64,000 bases of DNA from Octopus bimaculoides (lineage: Eukaryota), in NCBI RefSeq assembly GCF_001194135.2, contig NC_068982.1, positions 135,953,403-136,017,402 of the forward strand, given 5' to 3'. The notes under the pieces were generated by a model. That model saw only the letters and a list, made by a program, of their open reading frames with translations. It ran no database searches and was not told the origin of the DNA. A program made the position numbers and the translations under genes. Shown here in pieces: positions 12,088 to 25,396 of this stretch (positions within the stretch are counted from its first letter, which is position 1; every line of letters starts with the position of its first letter).

Positions 12088-12928
12088 CATATCAATGATA
12101 TGCTCTCTCAAATTCACGTCTCCTTCAGGTCTAACAATCGATTAACTAATTGGTTAAATAGTTAATCACTTGATAAATAATAAAGTGAAATAGGACCAGT
12201 GCATGTATTTTATTATTGGCTTAATGGCCCTCTCTTGAAGCAACAAACTTTGTTTCAACACATGAACACACATCATGGATCTTGCAAACAAATACAAAGG
12301 TAAACCTATGGTCGAAGTTATTTCAGGCGTGAACACACATGGCTGTGTTGTTAAGAAGCTCATTTTGCTTCCACGTGGTTTTGAGCTGTATTTTCCGGAG
12401 TACGGAAGTTTTGTGAAAAAAGAACAAAAAAAAATTGCTTACTATGCTTCTTTATACAACTGTTGAAAGTTACCTGGAAGTGGTTTTGTGAGAGAAAATA
12501 TATGGCTCTGTGCGTGTAAATACAATATTCTAACATCATATTAGAATAATGCATGAAATCACAAAATGTAGCTTTATATTAACCTTGAAATGAAACTAAA
12601 TTAAATTTGCCATAACTAAAAGAAAAGATACTGGTATCAATGAATCTTCGTACATGGAAACAAAAGCAAATATATTGGTAATAACTGGTACAAAACAGTC
12701 TGGAAAATCTGCAAATGTAAATGAACTTCTATAGTTGGTTACATTCCATGCAGACAAAGCAAAAATCCGTTGAATATTAGTACACAGCAAGCAAGAGAAA
12801 AATAACTGAATGCTTTATAACAGAAACTAGTATTTTGGAGAACATTACTGGATACTGTAAATAGTAAACAGAAAATAAAATACAATAGGATGAAATAAAA
12901 TAATATGGAATAAAATGACCGAATCGTA

Positions 12929-13090
12929 GGCACAGGCATGGCTGTCTGGTTAAGAATGTTGCTTTGTAACGTCGTGGTTTCGGTTCAGGTGCAGTGCACG
13001 GCCCCTTGGGCAAGTGTCTTGTGCTATAACCCCAAAGCTATTAATGTCTTGTAGTTGAATTTGGTAGACGGAAACCATGTGGAAGCTCCA
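12929..13090 (+). mobile_element. SINE family A, degenerate 5' half
   Basis: ggcacaggcatggctgtctggttaag...cttgggcaagtgtctt...ttggtagacggaaac. Confidence 0.75.
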
Positions 13091-13277
13091 CGGTGGAGAT
13101 GGGGGACGGTTTCCTCCCGCTAGCGATATGTACACGTGTGCTTATCTCCACCACAAATTTATATGAGAAGTTTTTTTCATGGTAACCAGTACACTATTCT
13201 GAATTCGAACACAACGTCCACTTTGAAGAGGGGATAAATACTACCTTTCGGTATAGGTACTGCTTCAGTCGTTATTA

Positions 13278-13344
<67 letters not shown>

Positions 13345-13510
13345 NNNNNNNNNNNNNNNNNNNNNNNNNNNNNNNNNNNNNNNNNNNNNNNNNNNNNNNN
13401 NNNNNNNNNNNNNNNNNNNNNNNNNNNNNNNNNNNNNNNNNNNNNNNNNNNNNNNNNNNNNNNNNNNNNNNNNNNNNNNNNNNNNNNNNNNNNNNNNNNN
13501 NNNNNNNNNN

Positions 13511-13735
13511 CCCCCCCCCCACTGCTTGACTACCGGTGTTGTTTTGTTAACACCCTATAGCTTTGCGTGTCGGCACAAGTGATCCGAGAAAATAAGTACC
13601 TGACATAAAAAGGTAAAAGAAACAAAACCCCCCAAAAAAATAGACACCTTGGCGTCAATGTTTTCGACTAAACTCTCCAGGGCGGTGACGCAACATGGCT
13701 GTAGTCCAATGTCTGAAAGAAATAAAATAGAAAAG
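13511..13735 (+). mobile_element. SINE family A, degenerate 3' half after gap
   Basis: ctgcttgactaccggtgttg...aataagtac...cgactaaa...catggctgtagtccaatgtctgaaagaaataaaa. Confidence 0.7.
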
Positions 13736-15040
13736 GTAAAATCTTGTTCAATTGTCATCCACAAAAAATAGAAGCTCATCATTTCCAGTCGGTAAATCTG
13801 CATTACCCCAAACCCAATATTTCATTCTGATTGTTCACATCCATATTAACAGAAATCTCTTCATTACTGGAATTCTCCGCAAGAGAAGCATATTTTTAAA
13901 TATCTTTATCAAACTTATCTTCAAATTCAACATAAAATATACTGAAAATGAACTCTTATCATATTTGCTATTGACAATCCGAAGGCCAAAATTCTAAAAT
14001 AATTTTCACTTCTATTTTTTTGTTTGTATCATGGAATTCTACAAACTTTTTACCAGCTTACATGTGTAATAGTAAACCTCTTCCTTGTAACTTTTGGTGT
14101 CACTTGAAAATATAAAGATTGTATTCAGTTCTAAAGATTGTTTTCATTATCACATGAATACTTTAAAAGGTTATATGAGGTCCCCTCAAATTATTGCGGA
14201 ATGGGTCACTAGTTCTCTAAATTTCATTTTAAGATCTTAGTTTTATGAGCCCGAAACAGGTTCCAAATTAATAAAGCTTATTTTAAAACTGACCAAGATT
14301 GACAAGGTTTATTTTACAGCTCACCATCTTGCCTGGACCATACTTTATCAAGTCACACTTTAATTTCTCTCTAATTCACACAGCCTTTACAATGGACTTG
14401 AAATTAAATGCCATTGCGTATTATTTCTCTAGGGAATGTTTCGTTTCAAAATCAGGAAAGACAGTGCACTTATGCCATCAGCGCCTCTCGTGCTACTATA
14501 CAACTGTATATATTTTCGTGGCAACATATTTTAAGTTACAAATCTAACACTCTCCGATATTATTGAACTGTTTGGTGGGATATCAGATATGAAAGGGACT
14601 TCGTCCACATATGATATCTATAAAAGTTCAAAATTAACTTATGAGCTTAAACTAATCTTAATGACCTTTGCCTTCGTATTCACGGAGGTTATAGTTTGTT
14701 CTTACCATTATACAGAAGTAATTCTCCACATAAATCCAGAAAACAATGATGTTGTCCCACTAACGTCGATTGTTTTAAATATTGGATGGTCTATAATCAT
14801 TTTAGCCAATATTGAAAAGCTCAAACTGCGGTGATCTAAAAGCCATGTTTTAAAATTCCCTTCTAATTCGGGCCACTTTACAATTCCCTTACACAGTGTT
14901 TCCTAAGTTAAGCTGCTGTCAGTTGCTCTTCTTGTTTGTTCCAACTCCTAAACACTTCGTCGGTTGCTGGGGGACCAAAATACTAAGCAGTACTTGTGTG
15001 TGTGTGTGTGTGTGTGTGTAAACACACCCCATAGCACATT

Positions 15041-15271
15041 TCTTATTTCTTTATTGCCCACAAGGGCTAAACATAGAGGGGACAAACAAGGAAAAAGGGA
15101 TTAAGTCGATTACATCGACTCCAGTGCGTAACTGGTACTTAATTTATCGACCCCGAAAGGATGAATGGCAAAGTCGACCTCGGCGGAATTTGAACTCAGA
15201 ACGTAACGGCAGACGAAATACCGCTAAGCACTTCGCCCGGCGTGCTAACGTTTCTGCCAGCTCACCGCCTT
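15041..15271 (-). mobile_element. SINE family B, full length (tRNA head, central conserved domain, Tx1-like tail)
   Basis: Near-identical to 30031-30254. The central domain gcctttcatcctttcggggtcgataaattaagtaccag resembles the Meta domain of MetaSINEs (from recollection, not checked). Confidence 0.9.
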
Positions 15272-15649
15272 ATAGCCTTTCTTGTGCCATTCACCACGAT
15301 AAATATTGAAACAAAGCTAAGAAAGTTGGTTAGTTGTTGTTACAGATATTGCAGTCTGTATATCAATGGTCATTTTTTTTCCCCAAGAGAAAAATGAAAT
15401 ATCATAAAATGTGATTCAGCATCATGTGATAATCTCGAATGACTATTGGTCACACATCTGAGTTAAGCGCAAATGCATACGCACTGGTTTATATCCGCCT
15501 TTGCATATGGCCTCACAAGATATTTCTGGTGTTAAAAAAAAAATGAGTCTAATCTTCCTTTATTATGATTAACATATCCGTTTACAGCACATTCATCTCG
15601 CACAGACATAGTCAAACACACAGACACACACGCGCGCGGGCACACACTA

Positions 15650-15661
15650 ACTTATACACAC

Positions 15662-15706
<45 letters not shown>

Positions 15707-16249
15707 CGACGAGCTTCTTTCAGTTTCCGTCTACCAAATCCACTCACAAGGCTTTGGTCGGCCCGAGGCTATAGCAGAATACACTTGCCCAAGGTGACAA
15801 GCTCTGGGNNNNNNNNNNNNNNNNNNNNNNNNNNNNNNNNNNNNNNNNNNNNNNNNNNNNNNNNNNNNNNNNNNNNNNNNNNNNNNNNNNNNNNNNNNNN
15901 NNNNNNNNNNNNNNNNNNNNNNNNNNNNNNNNNNNNNNNNNNNNNNNNNNNNNNNNNNNNNNNNNNNNNNNNNNNNNNNNNNNNNNNNNNNNNNNNNNNN
16001 NNNNNNNNNNNNNNNNNNNNNNNNNNNNNNNNNNNNNNNNNNNNNNNNNNNNNNNNNNNNNNNNNNNNNNNNNNNNNNNNNNNNNNNNNNNNNNNNNNNN
16101 NNNNNNNNNNNNNNNNNNNNNNNNNNNNNNNNNNNNNNNNNNNNNNNNNNNNNNNNNNNNNNNNNNNNNNNNNNNNNNNNNNNNNNNNNNNNNNNNNNNN
16201 NNNNNNNNNNNNNNNNNNNNNNNNNNNNNNNNNNNNNNNNNNNACACAC

Positions 16250-16294
<45 letters not shown>

Positions 16295-16440
16295 CGACGG
16301 GCTTCTTTCAGTCTCGGCAAACCAAATCCACTCACAAGGCTTTGGTCGGCTCGAAGCCACGGTAGAAGACATTTGCCCAAGTTTCCACGCAGGGGTACTG
16401 AACCTGTAACCATGTGATTGGAAAGCAAACGTCTTACCAA
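15650..16440 (-). mobile_element. SINE family A head segments on both sides of a gap (15650-15808 and 16244-16440)
   Basis: Both sides contain (CA)(TA)-cgac..gcttctttcagt...accaaatccactcacaaggctttggtcggc. These may be two copies or an unmerged overlap. Confidence 0.8.
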
Positions 16441-17095
16441 ACATCCACGTCTGTGAGTGCAGTTTTTTTTTTATTTTGCTTTCTTTAGGAAACAAGGCGA
16501 AAATACCCATTAACGTAGTAGAGTGTAAAGCTTTAGTTATATTAACCCAGTGACCCATTACTGTGGAGTTTTCCCGTTTCGTGTCGTCTTCCTGAGATAA
16601 TATGAGACTGAATAAACTATATCATCCCATAACTATAGCGACAGAGTGATCGAATCAGGCGAGTTGATGATTTGACAGTCTGTTTTTTAATTGAATTAGA
16701 AGAGACGTGAAAGTGTGTGTAAACATAAACATTAATATACTAGCAGAAACTCATACCGGACTCGGGTCGGACTTGAACGAAGAAATGAGAGAAACAGAAG
16801 AGAAGATGAGAAGAGTGAAAGAAAGAATGAAGAGTGGAACGAGGAAGAATAGAAAAAAAACCCCACCAAGAATTGAGAAGAGAAAACAGAAGCAGAGATA
16901 AGAGATAGATAAAGGAATCGAGTGTGTCCACACACGAACATACAGATAAAATTACATACACATAAACGAACAAGCAAGAAGAATTGTTGCAGCTCAGCAG
17001 TTGATCAGTTAGGCGCATAATAATAAAAGTAGGAAACAAAAAAAGACCACATGACAGCGAACAGAAGAAAGAAGCACACTCATAGGCTTAGACGC

Positions 17096-17166
17096 GCATA
17101 CATACATACATACATACATACATACATACATGCGTACATACATACATACATACATACATACATTCA
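17096..17166. repeat. (ACAT)n microsatellite
   Basis: Direct. Confidence 0.95.
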
Positions 17167-17535
17167 TACCTACCAGCAGGTAGGCAAATAATAGAAGTAT
17201 TAAAGCTGAAGGAATGGTTTGCTAAAGAAAAGAGTTAAGAAGTGAGAAACACAGATACGTACACATACACACACACAAACACACACACTCACACACGCAC
17301 ACATACACACACACACACGCACACACACACATACACACATACACACGCACACACATACATACAATCGTATGTTTATGAATGTAGACACAAATTTAAGCAA
17401 AGGAGCAGGGAGTGAAAGAAGGCTGGCGTGAGTCAGCTCCACCAACGGCGCAAAATATTACAAAACTAAACTTGAAATAATTTTAAAAATAAAAACTACC
17501 GGAAATGATTCTTTCAATAGCGGCATTAGGATCAG

Positions 17536-17618
<83 letters not shown>
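17536..17618. repeat. (AAT)n microsatellite, left flank of R4/Dong element
   Basis: Direct. Confidence 0.97.
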
Positions 17619-18826
17619 CATAAGTCATGGTCAGCGAGGCGTATCAAAAAAGGTTGAAGATGGTGTTGAAGTCCAACCTGAATGCCAAAAATTTGATTAC
17701 CGCACTGAATATCTGGGCAGTTGCCTTGGCCAGGGATATAGTGCGTCCATCCTCAAATGAACTAAGGAGGAAATATCAACACTGGATAGGATGAGAAATT
17801 TCATGACGCTGCATGGGGCGCTACACCCTAAAGCAAACGTAAACAGACTATATATGAAAAGAAAGAATGGTGGCAGATGACTAATTAGTATAGACCATTG
17901 TATAAGGAGTAAAATGGGAACACTTGCGGAGTATTTGATAAATAGTGATGAAAATCTGCTGCAATATGCCGCGAAAGATATGGGTATAAATGCAGATGAA
18001 ATGATGGGCAAGGAGGAGTTTGACCAAAGAGCTGAGGAGAAGAGAAAAGAAGACCTTCGTGAAATGAGAATGCATGGACAGTTTGAAAGGAATACACAAA
18101 CCTTAAGCATGATACAGCATCGTGGGCATGACTTGAGCGAGGTGATTTGAAGCGTACCACTGAAAGCCTGATCATTGCTGCACAAAACCAGGCTATCGCT
18201 ATCAATTCAGTGAAGTATAACATCTATAAAACTTCTGACACCCAGAAATGCTGACTCTGTGGAAAGAATGTGGAAAATGTGACCCACTTGGTAAGTGGAT
18301 GTGAGAACCGTGCACAAAAAGCATACAAGCGCCGCCATGATAAAGTGTGTGTGTATCTTCATTGGCTCTTATGCCGTAAATACCAATATGAAGTAACAGA
18401 GAACTGGTATGAGCATGTACCAAGTAAAGTTATACAGGATGATGGAAAAGTAACGATACTCTGGGACTATGATTTTCAGGCGGATCGTCTAATCCAACAC
18501 CGTCGGCCGGATATTATCACATTGAATAAGAGAGACAAATACTGTCAGATCATTGATGTAGCCATACCAAATGACGTGAACGTTGTGAGTAAAGAGGTTG
18601 AAAAAAATCACCAAATACTCCAAATTGAAAGTGGAAATGGCGAGGCTGTATGGTGATCGGAGCGCTGGGCTTAATCCCTTCTTAAGGCAACTGGAAATCC
18701 TATGCAAGATTGATGTCTTGCAAAAAGCTGCCTTATTGGGCATAGCGCAAATCTTAAGGAAAGTATTCTCTGTCTGAGGTCCTTGATATAACTTGACAGA
18801 CGACTAAAGACTCCGTTTTACGAAGG
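17619..18826 (+). mobile_element. R4/Dong-clade non-LTR retrotransposon, 5'-truncated (RT C-terminus, CCHC knuckle, restriction-like endonuclease), decayed
   Basis: Translation includes LKSNLNAKNLITALNIWAV, MTLHGALHPKANVNRLYM..KNGGR, TTESLIIAAQNQAI, KC*LCGKNVENVTHLVSGC, YKRRHDKV and RRPDII...IIDVAIP...EK (PD-(D/E)xK). Confidence 0.9.
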
Positions 18827-19000
<174 letters not shown>

Positions 19001-19534
19001 AGCACCTGTACAATATATTTTTAAACACTCAAGGGAAATAATATATAAACATTATATACATATGAAAATTGACTCGATTGAAATGTAATGGTTTCTGGAA
19101 TAGTAACAAGAGAATTCAGTAAAATCAGGAATGTTATTGACAACATTCCAAAATATAGCCAAACAAATATTCCCTTTGGTATGGTGAAAGTAAAGAATCC
19201 TTGAAGTGCCGACCAAACCGTGAAGTCTTAGCCACATATTAATCGGTCGAAATGCAGTTACAGCTTAGGTGCCGCGCTCACCAAACCGTGAAATCTAAGT
19301 CACATAATGATTGGTCAAAATACAGATTCAGGCTGCTAGAGCCCGTCGAAGGGTATTTGAAGGAAAAAATTATCATTTTCATTACAGTTGTCACTTGTCG
19401 AACACGACTGTCTCTACTTAAACCTGATGATTGCGTAACGCATGAGTGTATTAATTTAATTATTATAAATTTGTAAAAATTGCAAACAATATGTGTGCTT
19501 GTGTGTGTAAACGCACACACACGCACACACACAC

Positions 19535-19573
<39 letters not shown>

Positions 19574-19706
19574 TACACAACCTTGTATAGTGGAGTAATA
19601 ATCTAAGTGGTTCATTGACCTTTTGGGGTCTATTTCTAGCAGACTGGTATTGTAATCATTCAACACTCTTATTATTATAATTATATATATATATTTGTGT
19701 GTGTGC

Positions 19707-19752
<46 letters not shown>

Positions 19753-19841
19753 GAATAGATTTAGGTGATTTTTCCGTCTGTATATGGTCATGTCATTCTA
19801 CATACTAAACTGCAGGTAGAGTCATAAGCGGTAGGGCGCAA

Positions 19842-19842
<1 letters not shown>

Positions 19843-19931
<89 letters not shown>
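19843..19931. repeat. (TA)n microsatellite
   Basis: Direct. Confidence 0.97.
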
Positions 19932-19932
<1 letters not shown>

Positions 19933-19950
19933 TGCACGTGTGTGTACATA

Positions 19951-20118
19951 GGTAGCTGCCAATAGAACCAATTGTAAATAGAATATTAAGCCAATGGCGT
20001 AAAGTGCAAACTCACTTCCAAACTACAACAAAAGAAAAATGTTTTACAGCACAGATGTTTGTGATTCTGGAAATGAACTTTACCTTTTATATTTGCATCC
20101 AATTTTAAAACATGTTGA
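19951..20118 (+). mobile_element. hAT transposase internal fragment, inverted relative to the adjacent copy
   Basis: Reverse complement of about 20836-21003. It translates [20 protein letters not shown]...EKCFTAQMF...NELYLLYLHPILKHV. Confidence 0.8.
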
Positions 20119-20173
20119 TGTGTGTCTATATGTATACGTACGTGTATATATGTATATATGTATATGTGTATAT

Positions 20174-20205
20174 GCAGGGTGGTCCAAAAGTAGGTTTACA
20201 GTTAT
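20174..20205 (+). mobile_element. Isolated Tc1/mariner-type terminal inverted repeat remnant
   Basis: cagggtggtccaaaagtaggtttacagtt resembles mariner-type TIRs. No partner end found. Confidence 0.35.
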
Positions 20206-20245
20206 TCAACTATCTCTTTCGCATTCATATATAAAATGTTTAGAT

Positions 20246-21980
20246 CAGTGTTGCCAACTTAAAATCAGAATTTTATGCTAAATTTCAGTAGAATTATTCA
20301 GCATTGAGAAATGATTTCTTGAATTTCACTGATTTGATCACTTTCAGCTGCAGTGCCTAGATCGTGATTTCTGTATACATTCAAGGTCCCAATATTGTTA
20401 ATTATGTCTTTTGGAATATCGAAGTTTTTGCCACATTTGTCATATCTTTTCAAACCATATTTTATAGACAATATTGATCTAAGCATAGGAAGATGCATTT
20501 TGTCTTCCAATTTTGATTTTTTTTCGCCCATAATACTGAACAACTGTTCAACTTCTGCATTTGAGTTTGACAATATTTGCGAATATAATTATCTTCAGTG
20601 TCTGTTACAATGTTCTGGATAATCATTCCTGCTATGTTTCTCTCGAACCTATAGCCTAAATTTGCTTTAGGATCCAGAATTTGTTCAATAGAAGCATCCG
20701 GATCAAGAGGATCAATTCTACACGTTGGCAACACTCTCATATTAGCAACAGATTTGATCAAATTTGAAAGATCTTCAAGTAATTTTGTTTTGTTGACATA
20801 GTTTGATTCAAACAATTTATTCACTTCTTGAACATGTTTTAAAATTGGATGCAAAAATAAAAGGTAAAGTTCATTCCTAGAATAACAAAACATTTGGGCT
20901 GTAAAGCATTTTTCTTTTGTAGTTTTAGTTTGGAAGTGAGTTTGCAATTTAAGCAAATGGCCTAAAATTCTAGTTACAGTTGGTTCTCTTGACAGCCATC
21001 TAGTTGTACAAGAATTCACAATCTTCAAAAGCGCTTTATCATTGATAGCAAAGTAAAGTTGTTTGTAGGCACTTTGCCTTGTTGAGGAATGAGAGAACCA
21101 TTTATAGGTTTCGGATACTAAAAATTCTAAATTTATGGGCAGGCATTCAGCACAAGTGTGGGATACTGCCAATTGTAAATAATGACATACATATGTAAAT
21201 ATAAGTAATGATGGAACTGCTTTTAATTTCTGGAAAACACCATTGTTGACTCCTGTCATTACTCTAGCATTGTCAGTTCCTATAGTCAGTAAATTTTTTA
21301 TATCTAATTTCTTTTTTGCTAATTCAACTTTTTAAGGCATCTACAATGCTATCTGCATTACGTTTCTAAAGATACCATATTGAGATATGTATGTACCACT
21401 TTTTTGTGAGTGTCACTGTAATATATGATAACAATTTTTAACAGCTTGTTTATTGATATATTATTAGATTAATCTAACAAGCTAACTTTTCTAACTCCTA
21501 TATGAGAAGTATAGGAGCTATATATCAAAATATGGAGCTAGAACATTTCTCATAATATTTGCACATTTTGTACGATGCGATTTCACTTTGGGCATAATAT
21601 TATTCACTATCAGACATATAATTCTGACATAACTCCATTAAGTGATCACAGCTATTAAATGATGAGTGGCAACAAATAAACATTGCTAAATTTGCTTTAA
21701 GCATAGATGTCTTATCATTTTTGGTTTTAATAAAATTGGTAAGAGGAATAATTTGCTGTGGAGTTTATGCCTTATGTTTCTTTGCTTCACAGTGGCTGAC
21801 TAAAAGAGAATATTTTACCAACATATTACATCTTTATTTACAGTATGCTTTAGATATCTGCAGTGTGCTTTAGATTAGCCACTAGGTACTTCACACATCC
21901 ACTTAATAATCACCGGCATCTTAAGCCATTCCTTTCTGAATTTTTGCTGGTACAACTTTGGTTTTTCTTTGCTCACTGTA
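20246..21980 (-). mobile_element. hAT transposon, near-complete but disrupted transposase (TTF-like zinc finger, catalytic core, hATC dimerisation domain)
   Basis: Translation includes KLYQQKFRKEWL...W...KAHCRY (N-terminus), IGTDNARVMTGVNNGV...YVCHYLQLAVS, TTRWLSREP and SNAEVEQLFSIM...KSKL (hATC). Terminal motif CAGTGTTGCCAAC at 20246. Confidence 0.9.
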
Positions 21981-22775
21981 ATGTAGTGGGAAGCAAGAAA
22001 ATAAATTGAATGATTAATAAAAATATGAAATTGAAAACACAGTTTATCAGTTTGCCACTAAAAATTCTTTCATTTGCCGTTAACAATTCTTGCATTTGCT
22101 GCACACAAATTCTTGAGGTGAAGAATGCTAATTCAGTGTGCAGGGTAGCCAACTTATAAATGGAAGAGTAAAATCTGCAGAAATCCTAAAACTGTGTTCT
22201 GATATAAACCTGAGAACATTATATTTCGCTTTCAATCTTACATTTCATACCTATTGGTAAAACCACAAATATAACTACAATAATTGAAAAAAAAAATCAA
22301 ACATAAAGGGGAGACTCCGCCACCCCCGTATTTCTACACAAGATATATAATCCAAAACAAGTATGAAAAATCACAGGTCTGTTCTAACACTGAAAGTAAA
22401 TCAGTCAAACTGTCATGATAAAAACTCATCACTACAGAATAAAGCGTTTTTGGGACGAATTTCTATGCTTTCATTCTTTGCAACATATTTACATTACTCT
22501 GTAGTGGTTAAATATTTATCATGGTAAACAATTGCAAAAAGATTGTGTATGCCTTTGAAGTAAACAAATGAGTGAATCGATTCATAATTAAAATATGATT
22601 TATTCACCGGACTTAATTTGTCGTTGGTACACATAATTCTTCACTACATGCAAAATGTTGACAACTGCTACGAGTTGCTAGAAATAGAAACAGGGTACAT
22701 CTGTGGAAATGATATGTCACAATTGAATATATGTTCGCGTGTGTGTGTGTGTACGTAGTCATCTGATACAATAGT

Positions 22776-22947
22776 CTACTGTGGAACTTCGGACATTGTT
22801 CTGGTCTCTGCTGTCACCAAAACCTGTTGTGTCGTAGAACTTCCTCGTTTGGCTGCCAGGGCCTTCTCTGCTTCTATCTTGTTGACCACTGAATTTATAA
22901 GAATTGTGGCAGCTAGAATGACAGACATAGTGCAGCAGAGTTTGTAC
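22776..22947 (-). CDS. Candidate terminal coding exon of an uncharacterised small single-pass membrane protein
   Basis: Acceptor aaaatttag|G, then (g)YKLCCTMSVILAATILINSVVNKIEAEKALAAKRGSSTTQQVLVTAETRTMSEVPQ* (56 aa). It is a non-repetitive, GC-richer island in phase with the exon at 56677-56795. Confidence 0.55.
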
Positions 22948-23641
22948 CTAAATTTTATAGATTTCACAAAGCATAACGGGAGGAGCTATAGAGTATGCGA
23001 TCGCTCGCTTTGTAATATATAACAGCGAGTGTACCTTCGAATTATACTCTTCTGTCTTAAAATTAAACACGTTCGTTTGTAACTCGCAAAATACACTGTG
23101 AATTATAAACAGACGACATGGCCAATCCTGGTTTTTCTTTCATTGTGCATTAACTCGATTAAAGCAGATATGGATATTATAAATGTTATACGATCTTATT
23201 AAAGACACGAAAACTTTCTCTAGTAATGCTACAGGTACAAATTCACTCAAGGTTTCGGTATTGAATACAATTTGTCTCCATATCTCTTAAAGGCCATCGA
23301 CCTGAACTGAATTCACTACTCCGATGAGAAACTACGCTATTGATATCACAGTACATTTTCTATATATAAACACACTTTATATATTAAAAGATTATGTATT
23401 TTTGTGCTAGTCTATATAAACATTGCTTTCAGTTTAATGTAACAAATAAACTGCCATTCTACACCCTCACGTACGTTCACAATCACACTCATACACACAC
23501 GCATACACGCGCACGCAGACGCACACACAAACATACACACCAACACACCCTTGCACTCAAATGTTTTCAGAATATTATGGTGTTAAGATTTCCCAACGGC
23601 TATGTATTGCTGTCTTTTGATTTCTGTAATTTATGTGATAA

Positions 23642-23690
<49 letters not shown>

Positions 23691-24131
23691 GATTTTAGAA
23701 AAAAAAAGAAAACAAAAGGCAAAGACGGGTGTGTAAACAACAAACAGATGTATTCGTTTAACGCTCTGGAAGTGAGAAAGTCTTTTACGATTCGAGCCTA
23801 CTCTCTTCGACAGAAAGGAACACAGAAATAAACAGGGAGAGACAATAGAAAAAGATTTAGTGGCTAGCGATCTATCATGGCGCATGCCTGACAGAGGTGT
23901 TACACAGGAAAGCTAGGAAGAAGGGAAGATAATAAAGTAGTGGTGATCCCAAAATGAAGGTGTGCATACATAAGTATGTGAGAGCGTGTATGAGCGTGTG
24001 GACGGGGGCTGGTGACCTTGACGTGTGCGTGTGTGCATGTGTAAGTGTGTGGTTTCGTGATGTTGTGTGGTGGTGTGTGGTGTAGTGATGTGTAGTATGG
24101 TGTGGTAGTATTGGGGTGTGGGTGGGATGGA

Positions 24132-24190
<59 letters not shown>

Positions 24191-24894
24191 GAATACGCCC
24201 ATACACACCGACGTGCACAGCGTCAGAGAGAGAGAGAGAGACAGACAGACAAACAGAGGGAGAGAGTGAAGGAGAGAAACAGAGAGAAAGAAAGATGCAT
24301 ATACTATTCATCTGCTATGATCTGCAAATTCGAAATCGCGAATAATGAAAACTACTAAAATAGTTATTTTGAAATGTGTATGCACATTATGATGCTGACA
24401 TAATATTGCCGATCAATGTAATTTCGTCTCCAACATTAACTGATCTGACATATGCAATATGGCTGACCTCATATTACTAAGACTGTTCAGTTCAGTGTAT
24501 TTATAACTGATTAACTTTACATGGTCAATTATTAGTTTCTCCATGGAAGCGGATATCCGTTTACTTTCCATGTTAAGTCCGCCAGAGTAGATTTGTGAAT
24601 TTATATAATGTGGTATGTGTGGGTGTATGTGTACCATTCCAGATATCGTAGCTTGTTGTTCACAATCTTTTACATTCGAACATAATCTCATATAACTTCC
24701 AGATTTATTCCCCATATATATATGAGGTAGAAAATATTTTAGTGAGGAAACACACGTGGTGGATGTAAATAGAGGGAGATATAAGAGAAAAAAACATAGA
24801 TTTGTTTTGCAGGATTTAAGAGTGTATTAGAACCATGATAATAAAGTTATTAGGCAATTTTGTACAAAATAAGGTTTTATTCTTTCAACATAAT

Positions 24895-25075
24895 TGAAGT
24901 AAGGACCGGTTTCCTTTCTCAGCAGTGTCACCACACCTCTGCTGACAGCACTAGAAACTTTCCCGTTATTTTGCCAGTTGCGGTAGACGTCTGCAAAGAG
25001 GTCGCCAAACAAATCTGGTATGAATACATAAAATTCATAGGGCAAGCCGTCCTAACCGGGCAATTTGCGAATTGT
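24895..25075 (-). mobile_element. L1/Tx1-clade RT fragment
   Basis: KLPG*DGLPYEFYVFIPDLFGDLFADVYRNWQNNGKVSSAVSRGVVTLLRK, homologous to 27350-27510. Confidence 0.8.
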
Positions 25076-25081
25076 TCAATC

Positions 25082-25083
<2 letters not shown>

Positions 25084-25157
<74 letters not shown>

Positions 25158-25169
25158 TTCATCATCATT
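25084..25169. repeat. (CAT)n microsatellite
   Basis: Direct. Confidence 0.95.
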
Positions 25170-25396
25170 ATGATTCATTTTGTTCATCATGTACCAGTAC
25201 GCCTGTATTCATCATTACTTTATTTAATTTTAGAAAAAATGAAGCATGTCATTGAAAGTCCCGGAGTTCGTCGAACTAAATTTTGAGTATGCTTTTTGGC
25301 CCGCAATATATATATATACTGTGTAATAATATATCCTAATAATATTTCATTGTCCGGTTTGAAGCGACAATTTTTAAACACATACAAATGATTGAA

